Shown: positions 1 through 9,971 of the stretch, piece after piece | Layout: every line of letters starts with the position of its first letter | How positions within the stretch are numbered: position 1 is the first letter of the stretch | Assembly: GCA_902558205.1 (NCBI GenBank) | Contig: CACECY010000001.1 | Coordinates: 1-58,674, forward strand | Direction: 5' to 3' | Length of the DNA stretch: 58,674 bases | From: an uncultured Pelagibacteraceae bacterium | Lineage (GTDB): Bacteria; Pseudomonadota; Alphaproteobacteria; Pelagibacterales; Pelagibacteraceae | Notes under the pieces: model-generated | What the model was told of the DNA's origin: nothing | Seen by the model: the letters and a program-made list of their open reading frames with translations, nothing else | The model's database searches: none | Program-made: the position numbers and the translations under genes

Positions 1-14
1 TAAAACATTTTCAT
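1..14 (-). CDS. ilvC: 5' end of probable ketol-acid reductoisomerase (truncated by window edge)
   Basis: Minus-strand ATG at 14 (MKMF...) preceded by an AAAGGAG Shine-Dalgarno; lies directly downstream of ilvIH, the usual ilvC position. Only 4 codons are visible. Confidence 0.55.
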
Positions 15-34
15 TTTTTTTCTCCTTTATTAAA

Positions 35-583
35 TTAGTTAAATACTTCTGCACCCCTTGTCATTGCAATGGCCCCCGTTCTAGAAGTGCTTATTAGACC
101 TAGGGGTTTTAATTTTGAATTCATCTTATCTATTTCTCTTCTTAAAGCTGTAATTTGTATAACAACAGATTTTTTTGTCTTATCTATTATTACTGGGTTA
201 AATTTAATACAAGCCTTTAAGCATTTATCTATTTTATTTTTTGGCGCAACAACTTTTAATAATGCCATTTCTTTGAAGATTACTTTTTTATCTTCCCTTT
301 TAAAATTAGCTACTTTATGGACTGGAACAAGTTTTTTTAATTGTAACTTTATTTGATCAATTACTTGGGGTGTTCCAGTAGTAACAATTGTTATTCTTGA
401 AATATTTTTTTTTGCATCAACTTCTGCAACTGCTAAGGACTCTATATTATATCCTCTTCCTGAAAATAGACCAACCACTCTTGCCAAAACTCCAGCTTCA
501 TTATCTACCCAAACAACAAAAATATGAGTATCTAATTTTCCTTTTTTTGTTGGAATACTGTATGCTGATTTAGATTTAACCAT
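35..583 (-). CDS. ilvH: Acetolactate synthase small (regulatory) subunit
   Basis: ACT-domain motif DNEAGVLARVVGLFSGRGYNIESL; start overlaps the stop of the large subunit. Confidence 0.95.
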   Translation of the reverse strand: MVKSKSAYSIPTKKGKLDTHIFVVWVDNEAGVLARVVGLFSGRGYNIESLAVAEVDAKKNISRITIVTTGTPQVIDQIKLQLKKLVPVHKVANFKREDKKVIFKEMALLKVVAPKNKIDKCLKACIKFNPVIIDKTKKSVVIQITALRREIDKMNSKLKPLGLISTSRTGAIAMTRGAEVFN

Positions 584-2349
584 TAGACTAAAGATTTTCC
601 TTTTCCAGTAATCTTATTTTCTTCTTGATCTTTTGGACCTAGGATCATTTGATTGTGTGGTTTTCCTGAAGGTATCATTGGAAAACAGTTTTCATTTGGA
701 TCAACTTGACAATCAAATATCACTGGTCCGTTATGATTAATCATTTCTACTATTTTTTCATCTAATTCATTTGGGTTATTTGCCTTTATTCCTTTACATC
801 CATAAGCCTCAGCTAATTTTACAAAATCTGGTAGTGCCTCAGAATAACTTTCAGAATAATTTTTTTCATGAAGAAGTTCTTGCCATTGTCTTACCATTCC
901 CATGTACTGGTTATTTAAAACAAAAATTTTAATAGGTAAATTATATTGAACTGCTGTTGATATTTCTTGCATTGTCATCAAAACTGAAGCCTCACCTGCA
1001 ATATCAATAACTAATTTATCAGGATGGGCAATTTGAACACCAACAGCTGCTGGAAGACCATAACCCATAGTTCCAAGCCCTCCTGATGTCATCCACCTGT
1101 TTGGTTTATTAAATTTATAATGTTGTGCAGCCCACATTTGGTGCTGACCAACCTCTGTTGTAATGAAAGTATCTTGATTTTTTGTTAACTCATATAATCT
1201 TTTTACAGCATGTTGTGGTTTTATAGTTTCATCACTATTAATAAAACCTAAAGAATCTTTTGTTCTCCATTTTTGGATTTGTTCCCACCATTTTGATATA
1301 TTTTGTTTATTAGAATTTTTTAAATCATTTTGTTTTTTATTTATCTTTTTAATAACTGTTTTTAAAACCTCATTAACATCACCAACAATAGCTAAATCGA
1401 CTTTTATGATTTTGTTAATTGATGATGGATCAATATCGATATGAACTTTTTTTGATTTAGGTGAGAACTCATCGATCTTACCAGTTATTCTATCATCAAA
1501 TCTTGCACCAATATTTATCAATAAATCACAATCATGCATTGCATTATTTGCCTCGTAAGTTCCGTGCATTCCTAACATTCCTATAAATTGATTATCATCT
1601 CCTGGGAAAGCACCTAGACCCTGTAAAGTTGAAGTGATTGGGAAACCAATTAACCTAACGAACTCTCGTAATGTCTCACTAGCCTTTGGTCCAGAGTTTA
1701 TAACTCCACCGCCAGTATAAATTACTGGCTTCTTAGCTTTTGAAATTAAATTAACAAGCTCATCAATTTCATTTTGTGAAAATTTATTATGTAGTTTTCC
1801 ATTTAATTTTTTTTCTTTCTTTGGTTTTGCATAATTTGTTTTTGCAAATTGAATATCTTTTGGGATATCAATTAAAACTGGTCCAGGTCTTCCTGTCGTT
1901 GCTACATGGAATGCTTCATGTAAAATTTTAGAAAGGTCTTTAATATCTTTAACTAGCCAATTATGTTTTGTACAAGGTCTTGTAATTCCAGTTGTGTCAC
2001 ACTCTTGAAATGCGTCCGTGCCAATTAAGTGAGTTGGAACTTGCCCAGAAATACAAACCAAAGGAACAGAATCCATATATGCATCTGTTAGAGCTGTCAC
2101 AACATTTGTCGCACCAGGTCCAGAAGTTACAAGAACTACACCTGGTTTGCCTGATGATCTTGCATATCCCTCTGCTGCATGACCAGCTCCTTGTTCATGT
2201 CTTACTAAAATATGTTTTATTGAAGAATGATTTTTTAGTTCATCATATATCGGTAATACCGCACCCCCTGGATAGCCAAAAATAAATTCAACATCTTGAT
2301 CTTCAAGACATTTAAAAACTATTTCTGCTCCTGAATATAATTTAGACAT
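583..2349 (-). CDS. ilvI: Acetolactate synthase large (catalytic) subunit
   Basis: FGYPGGAVLP, RHEQGAGHAAEGYAR, TSGPGATN and SGGLGTMGYGLPAA motifs; 588 aa. Confidence 0.97.
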   Translation of the reverse strand: MSKLYSGAEIVFKCLEDQDVEFIFGYPGGAVLPIYDELKNHSSIKHILVRHEQGAGHAAEGYARSSGKPGVVLVTSGPGATNVVTALTDAYMDSVPLVCISGQVPTHLIGTDAFQECDTTGITRPCTKHNWLVKDIKDLSKILHEAFHVATTGRPGPVLIDIPKDIQFAKTNYAKPKKEKKLNGKLHNKFSQNEIDELVNLISKAKKPVIYTGGGVINSGPKASETLREFVRLIGFPITSTLQGLGAFPGDDNQFIGMLGMHGTYEANNAMHDCDLLINIGARFDDRITGKIDEFSPKSKKVHIDIDPSSINKIIKVDLAIVGDVNEVLKTVIKKINKKQNDLKNSNKQNISKWWEQIQKWRTKDSLGFINSDETIKPQHAVKRLYELTKNQDTFITTEVGQHQMWAAQHYKFNKPNRWMTSGGLGTMGYGLPAAVGVQIAHPDKLVIDIAGEASVLMTMQEISTAVQYNLPIKIFVLNNQYMGMVRQWQELLHEKNYSESYSEALPDFVKLAEAYGCKGIKANNPNELDEKIVEMINHNGPVIFDCQVDPNENCFPMIPSGKPHNQMILGPKDQEENKITGKGKSLV

Positions 2350-2355
2350 TCAGGC

Positions 2356-2396
2356 AATCTAGCTGAAGTTGTACTGATTGGTCAAGTTTTACTGAT
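2356..2396 (-). promoter_or_regulatory. Probable sigma70 promoter of ilvIHC with two direct repeats flanking the -35 box
   Basis: Minus strand reads ATCAGTAAAAC-TTGACC-AATCAGTACAACTTCA-GCTAGATT-GCCTGA-ATG; the repeat ATCAGTA(A/C)AACTT occurs twice. Confidence 0.5.
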
Positions 2397-2402
2397 GCCT
2401 AA

Positions 2403-3311
2403 TTAAACTTTTTTTAAAAAATTATTTAAGTGATTTGGCTTTATTTTTTTCCATCTTATCATGTGGCCTCTTGCCCATGTCATTTGTCTTTTAGCATATT
2501 GCCTTGTCTTTATTGATATTTTTTCAATTGCGCTCTCTTTAATTGTCTTTTTCTTTAGATATTCATCAATTTCCGAAACACCAATAGCCTTTGATATACT
2601 TCTATCTTTTGGAATTTTAAGTTTTAAAAAACTCCTCACCTCTAATGCTGCACCATTTTTAAACATTTCAATTGTTCTGGCATTTATTCTCTGAATTAGA
2701 TCTTGTCGAGGGTAATCTAAAATTATTTTGTGAAAGTCTTTTTTTTTAAAATCAGATTTCGTTTCATCATACCACTCTGTAATCGATTTCTTTGTGAAAC
2801 TCTTCACTTCATAAGCTCTAATTGATCTTTGAACATCAGTTGATTTTATTTTGTTAATTAGAAGAGGATCAATTTTTAAAAGTTTTCCATAAAATTTTTG
2901 TTGACCGATTTCTTTTTGAAGTTTTCTAACTTTATTTCTAAATAACTTAGGTATGCTAGGAATTTCAACTAAACCTTCTACTAGTGCTTTAAAATATAAC
3001 CCTGTTCCACCAACTAATATTGGAACTTTTTTTCTTTTTTTTATTTCATAGATCTTTTTAATTGCTAACTTTAACCAATCACCAGTTGAAAAACTTCTTT
3101 TTCCATTTTGAAATCCATAAAGATGATGATTTATTTTTTGATAGTTTTTTTTTAAAGGTCTAGCAGTCAAGATTTTTAAATCTTTATAAACTTGCATACT
3201 ATCTGCATTAATTATCTCACCTTTAATTTTTTTTGCTAATTTGATTGCAAAGTCAGATTTACCTGACGCTGTTGGACCATAAATTAAAATAATTTTGGAT
3301 TTTAAATCCAT
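2403..3311 (-). CDS. miaA: tRNA dimethylallyltransferase
   Basis: GPTASGKS P-loop, IINADSMQVY, VGGTGLY and TRQYAKRQMTW motifs. Confidence 0.96.
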   Translation of the reverse strand: MDLKSKIILIYGPTASGKSDFAIKLAKKIKGEIINADSMQVYKDLKILTARPLKKNYQKINHHLYGFQNGKRSFSTGDWLKLAIKKIYEIKKRKKVPILVGGTGLYFKALVEGLVEIPSIPKLFRNKVRKLQKEIGQQKFYGKLLKIDPLLINKIKSTDVQRSIRAYEVKSFTKKSITEWYDETKSDFKKKDFHKIILDYPRQDLIQRINARTIEMFKNGAALEVRSFLKLKIPKDRSISKAIGVSEIDEYLKKKTIKESAIEKISIKTRQYAKRQMTWARGHMIRWKKIKPNHLNNFLKKV

Positions 3312-3314
3312 TAT

Positions 3315-4718
3315 TTATTTTAATTTAATACCAATATATCTTCTTTGGTTTTGACTGTTATAGATTACTAATAAGATAGTTTTTTGATTTGTTTTTAAGA
3401 CTTGGCTTACAACTTGATTTAATTCATTTGCTGACTTTATCTTTTTCTTTTGAGCTTCAATAATAATACTATTTAATTCAATAGAGTTTATCAGTGGACT
3501 ATCATTCTCTATGTTGGTAATTACTAATCCTTTTGTTTGATTAGGAAGACTTCTTTCCTTAATATCATCATTATTAAGCTCTCTTACTGTAATTTTTAAA
3601 TCATCAATTTTATTTGATGTTGGTGCTGATTTTTTTGAAACTTTAAAATCCTCAGACGTCTCCAACCTTCCTAAAGTCACTTTTTTGATAAACTCTTTTT
3701 TATTTCTCCAAATTTTAACATCCACTTTTTTTCCAACTTCAGTTCGTGCAACTATAATTGGAAGTTCTTTCATCTCTTTTATTTTTTCATTATTAAATTC
3801 CAGAATTATATCTCCAGCTTTAATTCCTGCTTTATCCGATGGGCTATTGTCTGCAACACTTGCAACTAGAGCTCCTCTTGGCTCACTTAAATTTTCTACT
3901 TCAGCGATTTCTTTTGTAACATCTTGAATTCTAACACCTAACCATCCTCTTTTGGTTTCACCAAATTCGATAAGTTGATCAATTACAATTTTTGCACTGT
4001 TTGATGGTATAGAAAAACCAATACCTATTGATCCATTTCTTCCTAAAATTGCGGTGTTAATTCCTATAACGTTTCCATTCATATCAAATAAAGGTCCACC
4101 AGAGTTACCTGAATTTATTGATGCATCTGTTTGAATATAATCCTCATATCTGGATAATCCAATCGATCTATTTCTTGCGGAAATAATTCCTGAAGTAACA
4201 GTTCCTCCAAGACCAAAAGGATTTCCAATTGCAATAACCCAATCTCCTATTCTTGCTTTATCAGAATCTCCAAATGATACTGGTATAAATTTCTCTTTTG
4301 TATTTAATTGCAAAACTGCAATATCAGATAGTGGATCAGCACCTATTACTGTCGCTTTAAATTCTTTATCTCCATCTACTCTAACTATAATATCCTCAGC
4401 GTCTTGAATCACATGATTATTAGTAACAACAATACCTTTTTCATCTATTATAAAACCAGATCCTAATGCTGAAGATTTTCTCTCCTGTGGAGCACCAAAT
4501 TCTTTAAACATATCCTCAAACGGAGATCCTGGAGGGAATTGAAAAGGGAAAGGATTACTGTTTGTAACGACTGTTTGTGTTGTTGAAATATTAACCACTG
4601 ATGGCATCAATTTTTCAGCTAGATCAGCAAATGACTCAGGGACACCTTTTGAAAAAGAATTTCCATTAAAACTTAAAATTATAAACAAAGAAATAAAATA
4701 TATTTTAATTTTTTTCAT
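3315..4718 (-). CDS. degP: Do/DegP/DegQ-family periplasmic serine protease with PDZ domains
   Basis: Signal peptide, TNNHVI, DIAVL, IQTDASINSGNSGGPL catalytic motifs, RGWLGV PDZ start; follows hflKC-DUF2065. Confidence 0.92.
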   Translation of the reverse strand: MKKIKIYFISLFIILSFNGNSFSKGVPESFADLAEKLMPSVVNISTTQTVVTNSNPFPFQFPPGSPFEDMFKEFGAPQERKSSALGSGFIIDEKGIVVTNNHVIQDAEDIIVRVDGDKEFKATVIGADPLSDIAVLQLNTKEKFIPVSFGDSDKARIGDWVIAIGNPFGLGGTVTSGIISARNRSIGLSRYEDYIQTDASINSGNSGGPLFDMNGNVIGINTAILGRNGSIGIGFSIPSNSAKIVIDQLIEFGETKRGWLGVRIQDVTKEIAEVENLSEPRGALVASVADNSPSDKAGIKAGDIILEFNNEKIKEMKELPIIVARTEVGKKVDVKIWRNKKEFIKKVTLGRLETSEDFKVSKKSAPTSNKIDDLKITVRELNNDDIKERSLPNQTKGLVITNIENDSPLINSIELNSIIIEAQKKKIKSANELNQVVSQVLKTNQKTILLVIYNSQNQRRYIGIKLK

Positions 4719-4906
4719 ATGGTTGACTTGAAATAATAAATAATAATAAATCCTAAAATTGCAAAAATTAATCCACCTGTTCTCAATTGATTATCTCTGA
4801 GTAAATCCAATTTCTTAAGCATATTTTTCATTTTTGATGGAAATAAGGCATACAAAATACCTTCTATGAATAGGAATAAGCCAAAAGCTATAAATAGCTC
4901 TTTCAT
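4715..4906 (-). CDS. DUF2065 (YjeT-like) small membrane protein
   Basis: 63 aa with two hydrophobic helices, IEGILYALFP and LRTGGL motifs; conserved position after hflC. Confidence 0.85.
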   Translation of the reverse strand: MKELFIAFGLFLFIEGILYALFPSKMKNMLKKLDLLRDNQLRTGGLIFAILGFIIIYYFKSTI

Positions 4907-4913
4907 ATTTTCT

Positions 4914-5786
4914 CTATTGTTGAATTTCTGGCTTTATGTTTCCAAAGAATTTAAAAAATTCAGAGTCTGGAGATAAAATTAAAGAAGTTTCCCCACCAAT
5001 TAAAGCCTTTTCATAAGCTTGCATTGCTCTATAAAACGCGAAAAATTCAGGATCTTGTCCAAAGGCATTTGCAAATATTTTGTTTCTTGCACCATCGCCC
5101 TCTCCCTTCATAATTTCAGATTGTTTTTGAGCATCTGCCAAAATAACCGTAACTTCTTTGTCTGCAGTGGATGTAATGGTTACTGCCATTTCAGCACCTT
5201 CTGCTCTAAACTCTTTAGCTTCTCTTTCCCTCTCAGTTTGCATTCTTCTATAGATAGCATCACTGTTAGCTTGAGGAAGATCTGCTCTTTTAATTCTTAC
5301 ATCTACGATATTAATCCCAAAGTTTTGTGCTTCATTATTTACACCGTCTTTAATCAAAGCCATTTGTTTAGATCTATCTTTTGATAACAATGTCTGAAGT
5401 TCTTCTTGACCTAAAACATTTCTAATTCTTGAGTTAATAATCGTAGACAGTCTAGATCTAGCAACTCTTTCATCACCTACAGAAATATAAAATTTTAAAG
5501 GGTCAACGATTTGGAACCTTGCAAAAGCATCAACTATTAAACGTTTCTGATCTGAAGCAATTACTTCTTCTGGAGGAGTATCTAAATTTAAAATTCTTTT
5601 ATCCAAATAAACAACATTTTGAATAAAAGGTATTTTAAAGTTTAAACCAGGCTTCATGATAATTCTCTTAGGATCACCAAATTGTAGAATGATTGCTTGA
5701 TTAACTTCTTTAACAATTATAATCGATAAAAAGGCTAAAACTCCAATAGCAACAATTATACCAAGTAATATTTTTCCAGTTTTCAT
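4914..5786 (-). CDS. hflC: FtsH modulator HflC (SPFH domain)
   Basis: PGLNFKIPF, VDVRIKRADLP, RMQTERERE and DPEFFAFYRAMQAY motifs. Confidence 0.96.
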   Translation of the reverse strand: MKTGKILLGIIVAIGVLAFLSIIIVKEVNQAIILQFGDPKRIIMKPGLNFKIPFIQNVVYLDKRILNLDTPPEEVIASDQKRLIVDAFARFQIVDPLKFYISVGDERVARSRLSTIINSRIRNVLGQEELQTLLSKDRSKQMALIKDGVNNEAQNFGINIVDVRIKRADLPQANSDAIYRRMQTEREREAKEFRAEGAEMAVTITSTADKEVTVILADAQKQSEIMKGEGDGARNKIFANAFGQDPEFFAFYRAMQAYEKALIGGETSLILSPDSEFFKFFGNIKPEIQQ

Positions 5787-6886
5787 TAATTAGTCACTTT
5801 CTTTTTTAACTCAGGTAATGGTAAATAAGGCACTACTCCTGAGCCAGCATTTTTCTCAATAATTACTTTATCAATATCAGCTAAGACTTTTTCCATTGTT
5901 TCTAAATACATTCTTTCTTGAGTAACAACCTTCGCATTTTTATATTCGTTATATATTGCTAGGAACCTACTAGCTTCACCTTCTGCTTTTGCTACAACTT
6001 CTTTTTTATAAGCTTCTGCAGCTTGTAAAATTTTTTGCGCTTCACCTCTAGCTCTTGGAATTACATCGTTAGCATAAGCTTCAGCCTCATTTTTTGATCT
6101 TTCCATGTCGGCTCTTGCAGCCTGCACATCTCTAAATGCATCAATAACTTGATCAGGTGGATCTGCTTTTTGAGTTTGAACCTGTGTAATTTGAATTCCA
6201 CTTTCATAATCATCTAAAATTGCTTGAATGATTTCTTGAGTTTCAATTTCAATTTTAGATCTTCCCTCTGTTAAGATTGGTTGAATGTCGCTTTTTGCTA
6301 TAACTTCCCTCATAGCTGTCTCTGCTGCGGCTTTTACTGTTCCTTCAGGGTCTTGAATTTTAAATAAAAAATTTCCAGCATCTTTTATTACCCAGAAAAC
6401 TGAAAAATCAATATTAACTATATTTTCGTCACCTGTTAACATAAGACTTTCTTGTGGTACGTCTGCAACACCACCACCTGACGAAAATCCACTATCTCTT
6501 TCAGATCTAAAACCAATATCCATTCGATTAACTTTTGTTACTTTCGGTGTCTGAACAGTCTCTACAGGAAATGGAATGTGATAATTAAGTCCTGGTTGAG
6601 TAGTTTTGATGAATTTACCAAATCTTAAAACAACTCCTTGTTCATCTGGTAGAACTCTATACAAACCACTAGCCAACCATATAAAGGCAATTATTACTAA
6701 ACCTAAAATTATTGGTTTACCGCCTGAAGATGTTCCCCCAGGTAAAAATTTTTTTATCTTATCTTGAATCTCTCTTATAATTTTGTCTATATCAGGTGGA
6801 GTTGGACCTCTACCTGATCCATTACCACCGCCACCCCCACCAGGAGGTGTACCCCAAGGACTTTGATCTTTGAAATTGTCTGACAT
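5786..6886 (-). CDS. hflK: FtsH modulator HflK (start moved to ATG 6886)
   Basis: MSDNFKDQSPWG..Gly-rich..PPDIDKII N-terminus is typical of HflK; MLTGDENIV and PPDQVIDAFRDV motifs. The upstream ORF extension is antisense mrp. Confidence 0.95.
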   Translation of the reverse strand: MSDNFKDQSPWGTPPGGGGGGNGSGRGPTPPDIDKIIREIQDKIKKFLPGGTSSGGKPIILGLVIIAFIWLASGLYRVLPDEQGVVLRFGKFIKTTQPGLNYHIPFPVETVQTPKVTKVNRMDIGFRSERDSGFSSGGGVADVPQESLMLTGDENIVNIDFSVFWVIKDAGNFLFKIQDPEGTVKAAAETAMREVIAKSDIQPILTEGRSKIEIETQEIIQAILDDYESGIQITQVQTQKADPPDQVIDAFRDVQAARADMERSKNEAEAYANDVIPRARGEAQKILQAAEAYKKEVVAKAEGEASRFLAIYNEYKNAKVVTQERMYLETMEKVLADIDKVIIEKNAGSGVVPYLPLPELKKKVTN

Positions 6887-6894
6887 GTCAAAGT

Positions 6895-6922
6895 ATATAG
6901 TGTCTTTATTACAAAAAACAAG
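6895..6922 (-). promoter_or_regulatory. Putative RpoH-type promoter of hflKC-DUF2065-degP
   Basis: Minus strand CTTGTT-N15-ACTATAT-N8-ATG; the same architecture occurs upstream of ftsH. Confidence 0.4.
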
Positions 6923-6935
6923 TAATGATACTTTT

Positions 6936-7760
6936 ATGACTGATAAAAAACCTGAACTTAGTGCCGCAATGAAAAGTAAGCTAGAACCTAAAAAATTCAC
7001 TAAAAACCCTATCCTTGGAACAAAGTTTACGATTGCTATTTCTAGCGCTAAAGGAGGGGTTGGAAAATCTACTTTCGCTACTAATCTTGCTTTGGCTCTT
7101 AAAAAAATTGGATGCAAAGTTGGTTTATTAGATGCGGATATTTATGGTCCATCAATTCCAAAAATGTTTGATATTAACGAAAAACCAAAAAGTGATGGTC
7201 AAAAATTAGATCCAATTATTAAGTATGATATCCAATGTATGTCCATAGGTTTTTTAGCTGATCAACAAACACCTATGATTTGGAGAGGTCCTATGGTTAC
7301 AAGTGCCATAAAAACTTTCACACAAAAAGTAAATTGGAAAAATTTAGATTTTATTATAGTTGATATGCCACCAGGTACAGGTGACACACAGTTAACATTT
7401 TCACAAGAAATTAAAATGGATGGTGCAATAATTGTTTCTACACCTCAAGAAGTAGCATTGCTCGATGTTAAAAGAGGTATTAAAATGTTTGACAAACTTG
7501 ATGTAAAAATTTTAGGTTTAATCGATAATATGAGTTTTTTCAAAGGTGATGATGGAAAAAGTTATAAAATTTTTGGTGATGGAGGTGTAAAAAGAACGGC
7601 TGAAGAATTTGGTAAAGAATTTTTAGGTGAAATACCAATTGATCCAATGGTTGGTAAAGCAGGAGACAATGGAAAACCAATCGTTGAGGAAAATCCAGAT
7701 CACGAAATTTCCAAAATATATTTAAGATTTGCTGAAAAAATTAAATCAACTTATCTTTAA
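6936..7760 (+). CDS. mrp: Mrp/ApbC Fe-S cluster carrier ATPase (start likely ATG 6936)
   Basis: [10 protein letters not shown] deviant Walker [15 protein letters not shown] and DMPPGTGD motifs. Confidence 0.93.
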   Translation: MTDKKPELSAAMKSKLEPKKFTKNPILGTKFTIAISSAKGGVGKSTFATNLALALKKIGCKVGLLDADIYGPSIPKMFDINEKPKSDGQKLDPIIKYDIQCMSIGFLADQQTPMIWRGPMVTSAIKTFTQKVNWKNLDFIIVDMPPGTGDTQLTFSQEIKMDGAIIVSTPQEVALLDVKRGIKMFDKLDVKILGLIDNMSFFKGDDGKSYKIFGDGGVKRTAEEFGKEFLGEIPIDPMVGKAGDNGKPIVEENPDHEISKIYLRFAEKIKSTYL

Positions 7761-8688
7761 TTTCAAAAGCTTCCATTAATTCATTCCATTCTCTTTTAGA
7801 AAGACCAGATTCTTCAAGTGAAATATTTTCATTTTTTATAAGTTTCTGGATTATATTTTTTCCTTTGGCAGAAACTTCTGTTCCACCAACTCTATAATCC
7901 ATAAATGCTTCATAGGTAATTGGGACCCATTTTTTTAAAGTATCCAACATTATGTCTGCAAATACTCTTATTTCATATTGTGCATGACTATCGGCTCTTA
8001 ACCTTAAAAAATTCATTAAATTTAACAAATCTGTTTTCCAATACCATTGGGTGTATGTATTTAATGTGAGATTCATTCTTGCAAGTTCTCTAGCTAATCC
8101 TTTTTTATTTTCATCTATTGTTGATCCGTCATATCTTTCATTCAACATAGTTTCATAATTTTCATAAGTTCTTTCAGCATCGTTTTTTAAAAGTTCTAAT
8201 ACTTCATTTGCTTGATCACCTTCAAGAACTTCTCCTCTGCCTTGTCTATTGCTTAGCGATTGGGCGGCTAAGTTATCCTTGGATGGTAAATAAAATTCTT
8301 TGTCTAAAATTGAATAACGAGCAGAATATTCATTAACATTTGCTGTTCTGTGTCTTATCCATTGTCTTGCGATAAAAATTGGTAATTTGATATGATATTT
8401 TATTTCACACATTTCAAAAGGTGTACTGTGCCAATGCCTCATTAAATATTTAATTAAACCTTTATCAGTTGATACTTGTTTAGTGCCCTTTCCATAAGAT
8501 ACTCTTGCAGATTGCACAATTGAAGTATCGTCTCCCATATAATCAACAACTCTTACAAATCCATGATCTAATGCGGGGATAGCCTCATACAAAATTTTTT
8601 CTAGCTCTGGTGAGGTAACTCTTTTTGTTTTATTGCTTTGACTTTGTTGATTTTTTATCTCGTCTGCTTGTTCTTTTGTTAATTTCAT
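7741..8688 (-). CDS. thyX: FAD-dependent thymidylate synthase (start moved to ATG 8688)
   Basis: [20 protein letters not shown] ThyX motif, HSTPFE and HAQYEIR. The longer ORF start lies inside the tmRNA. Confidence 0.95.
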   Translation of the reverse strand: MKLTKEQADEIKNQQSQSNKTKRVTSPELEKILYEAIPALDHGFVRVVDYMGDDTSIVQSARVSYGKGTKQVSTDKGLIKYLMRHWHSTPFEMCEIKYHIKLPIFIARQWIRHRTANVNEYSARYSILDKEFYLPSKDNLAAQSLSNRQGRGEVLEGDQANEVLELLKNDAERTYENYETMLNERYDGSTIDENKKGLARELARMNLTLNTYTQWYWKTDLLNLMNFLRLRADSHAQYEIRVFADIMLDTLKKWVPITYEAFMDYRVGGTEVSAKGKNIIQKLIKNENISLEESGLSKREWNELMEAFEIKDKLI

Positions 8689-8730
8689 GATTGTTATTGA
8701 ATCTGTTGTAATACCTTTTATATTAATAAG

Positions 8731-8990
8731 GTTGGTTTTCCAACTATGACGATAAACGAATTTCGTAATAACCATTGCGGACGTGGGGGCAGTACCCACC
8801 ACCTCCACCATTACAACTTATGGGGGTGAACCAGAATCGACGGATGTCTAAAGGCTATTCTTTCGTTCGGAATTGTTCCTCCGTAAAGGGCTAATTTATA
8901 ATTGCTAACGAAAGTTACGCACTTGCTGCATAATTAACTTTGTTAATTAAGTAGACGGGGTTCGGGGCACCTGGCAACAGAACGCCCCTT
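8731..8990 (+). ncRNA. ssrA: Two-piece (circularly permuted) tmRNA
   Basis: Acceptor piece has T-arm GTGGG-GGCAGTA-CCCAC and ends CACCTCC-A-CCA at 8810; 11-nt intervening segment; coding piece starts GGGGGTG at 8822 (G3-U wobble pair); tag ORF 8904-8933 = ANESYALAA*. Outer ends approximate. Confidence 0.95.
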
Positions 8991-9053
8991 AAAAAAATGA
9001 AAGTCCTTTTTATTTTATTAATTTATAAAAAATAAAGTGATAAAACTTCTATT

Positions 9054-9926
9054 ATGCTTTGCCCATATGACAATCTAGAGAGTGAAATTTTATATCAATC
9101 AAATAATAAAGCTAAAAAAATTGATCTAAAATGCACTTCTGATATTCACGATAAACCTACACTTTATAAGTGTACAAAGTGCAATTTAATTTTTTCTGAA
9201 TATGTTCACTCCAAGTTTGAAGAAGGATATAGCAACGTCGAAGACAAGAAATATATCCAGCAAATTCCATATAAACAAAAATATTTTGATCTATACTTTT
9301 CAAAAATAAAAGCATTTTTGAGTAAAGATCATAAAGTTTTAGAAATAGGCTCGTACTATGGGATTCTGGGCAATATTATTAAACCAAATGTTAAAGAATA
9401 TAAGGGACTTGAATTATCAAAACATGCCGCAGATTACTCAAAGAAAAATTTTGGATTAAATATTTCTAATATGCCGTTAGAGGAATTTTTTAAAGGAAAT
9501 AACAAGTTTGATATAATTATAATGAATGATGTAATTGAGCATTTAGATGATCCCTTTAAATCTCTTAAATTAATTGAAAAAAACTTAGAGTTTAATGGAA
9601 TTTTAATTTTTACTACATTTAACATAGACTCAATATTCGCAAAAATTTTAAAAAGTAATTATCACTGGATCATGCCAATGCATAAATTTTATTTTTCAAA
9701 CTCAACATTAAAATTTTTCCTAAAATCAAGTAATATGGATTTATTTAAGATTAAAACTGATACAAGAATAATCAGTTTTGAGTACTTGTTAGATAAGTTT
9801 TGTATATTGGCCCCGAAAATTAATTTTATTTTTAAATTCTTTTTAAAATTTAATTTTTTAAAAAAAATGACAATTAAAATTAATCTACTTGACTTAAATA
9901 TTTATTTCGCAAAAAAAATTAAGTAA
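9054..9926 (+). CDS. Class I SAM-dependent methyltransferase with N-terminal Cys cluster (Methyltransf_23-like)
   Basis: VLEIGSYYG motif I, FDIIIMNDVIEHLDDP, HKFYFS; N-terminal CPYD...CTKC. Confidence 0.85.
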   Translation: MLCPYDNLESEILYQSNNKAKKIDLKCTSDIHDKPTLYKCTKCNLIFSEYVHSKFEEGYSNVEDKKYIQQIPYKQKYFDLYFSKIKAFLSKDHKVLEIGSYYGILGNIIKPNVKEYKGLELSKHAADYSKKNFGLNISNMPLEEFFKGNNKFDIIIMNDVIEHLDDPFKSLKLIEKNLEFNGILIFTTFNIDSIFAKILKSNYHWIMPMHKFYFSNSTLKFFLKSSNMDLFKIKTDTRIISFEYLLDKFCILAPKINFIFKFFLKFNFLKKMTIKINLLDLNIYFAKKIK

Positions 9927-9971
9927 TATAGAAAAACAAAAATTCAATCACCAGGTAGTCAGCTATAAAAA

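Noticed and set aside
2350-2402. ilv leader-peptide attenuator or riboswitch
   Set aside because: Only 53 bp; no Leu/Val/Ile-rich mini-ORF or terminator with a U-tract.
6818-6850. GC-rich patch near the hflK start as a structured RNA
   Set aside because: Explained by Gly/Pro codons of the HflK N-terminal linker.
6887-7117. N-terminal extension of the hflK ORF overlapping mrp, and the reciprocal mrp extension from 6870
   Set aside because: Family-typical N-termini start at 6886 and 6936; the extensions are antisense read-through.
8689-8811. N-terminal extension of thyX
   Set aside because: It is antisense to the tmRNA acceptor piece; MKLTKEQ at 8688 is the plausible start.
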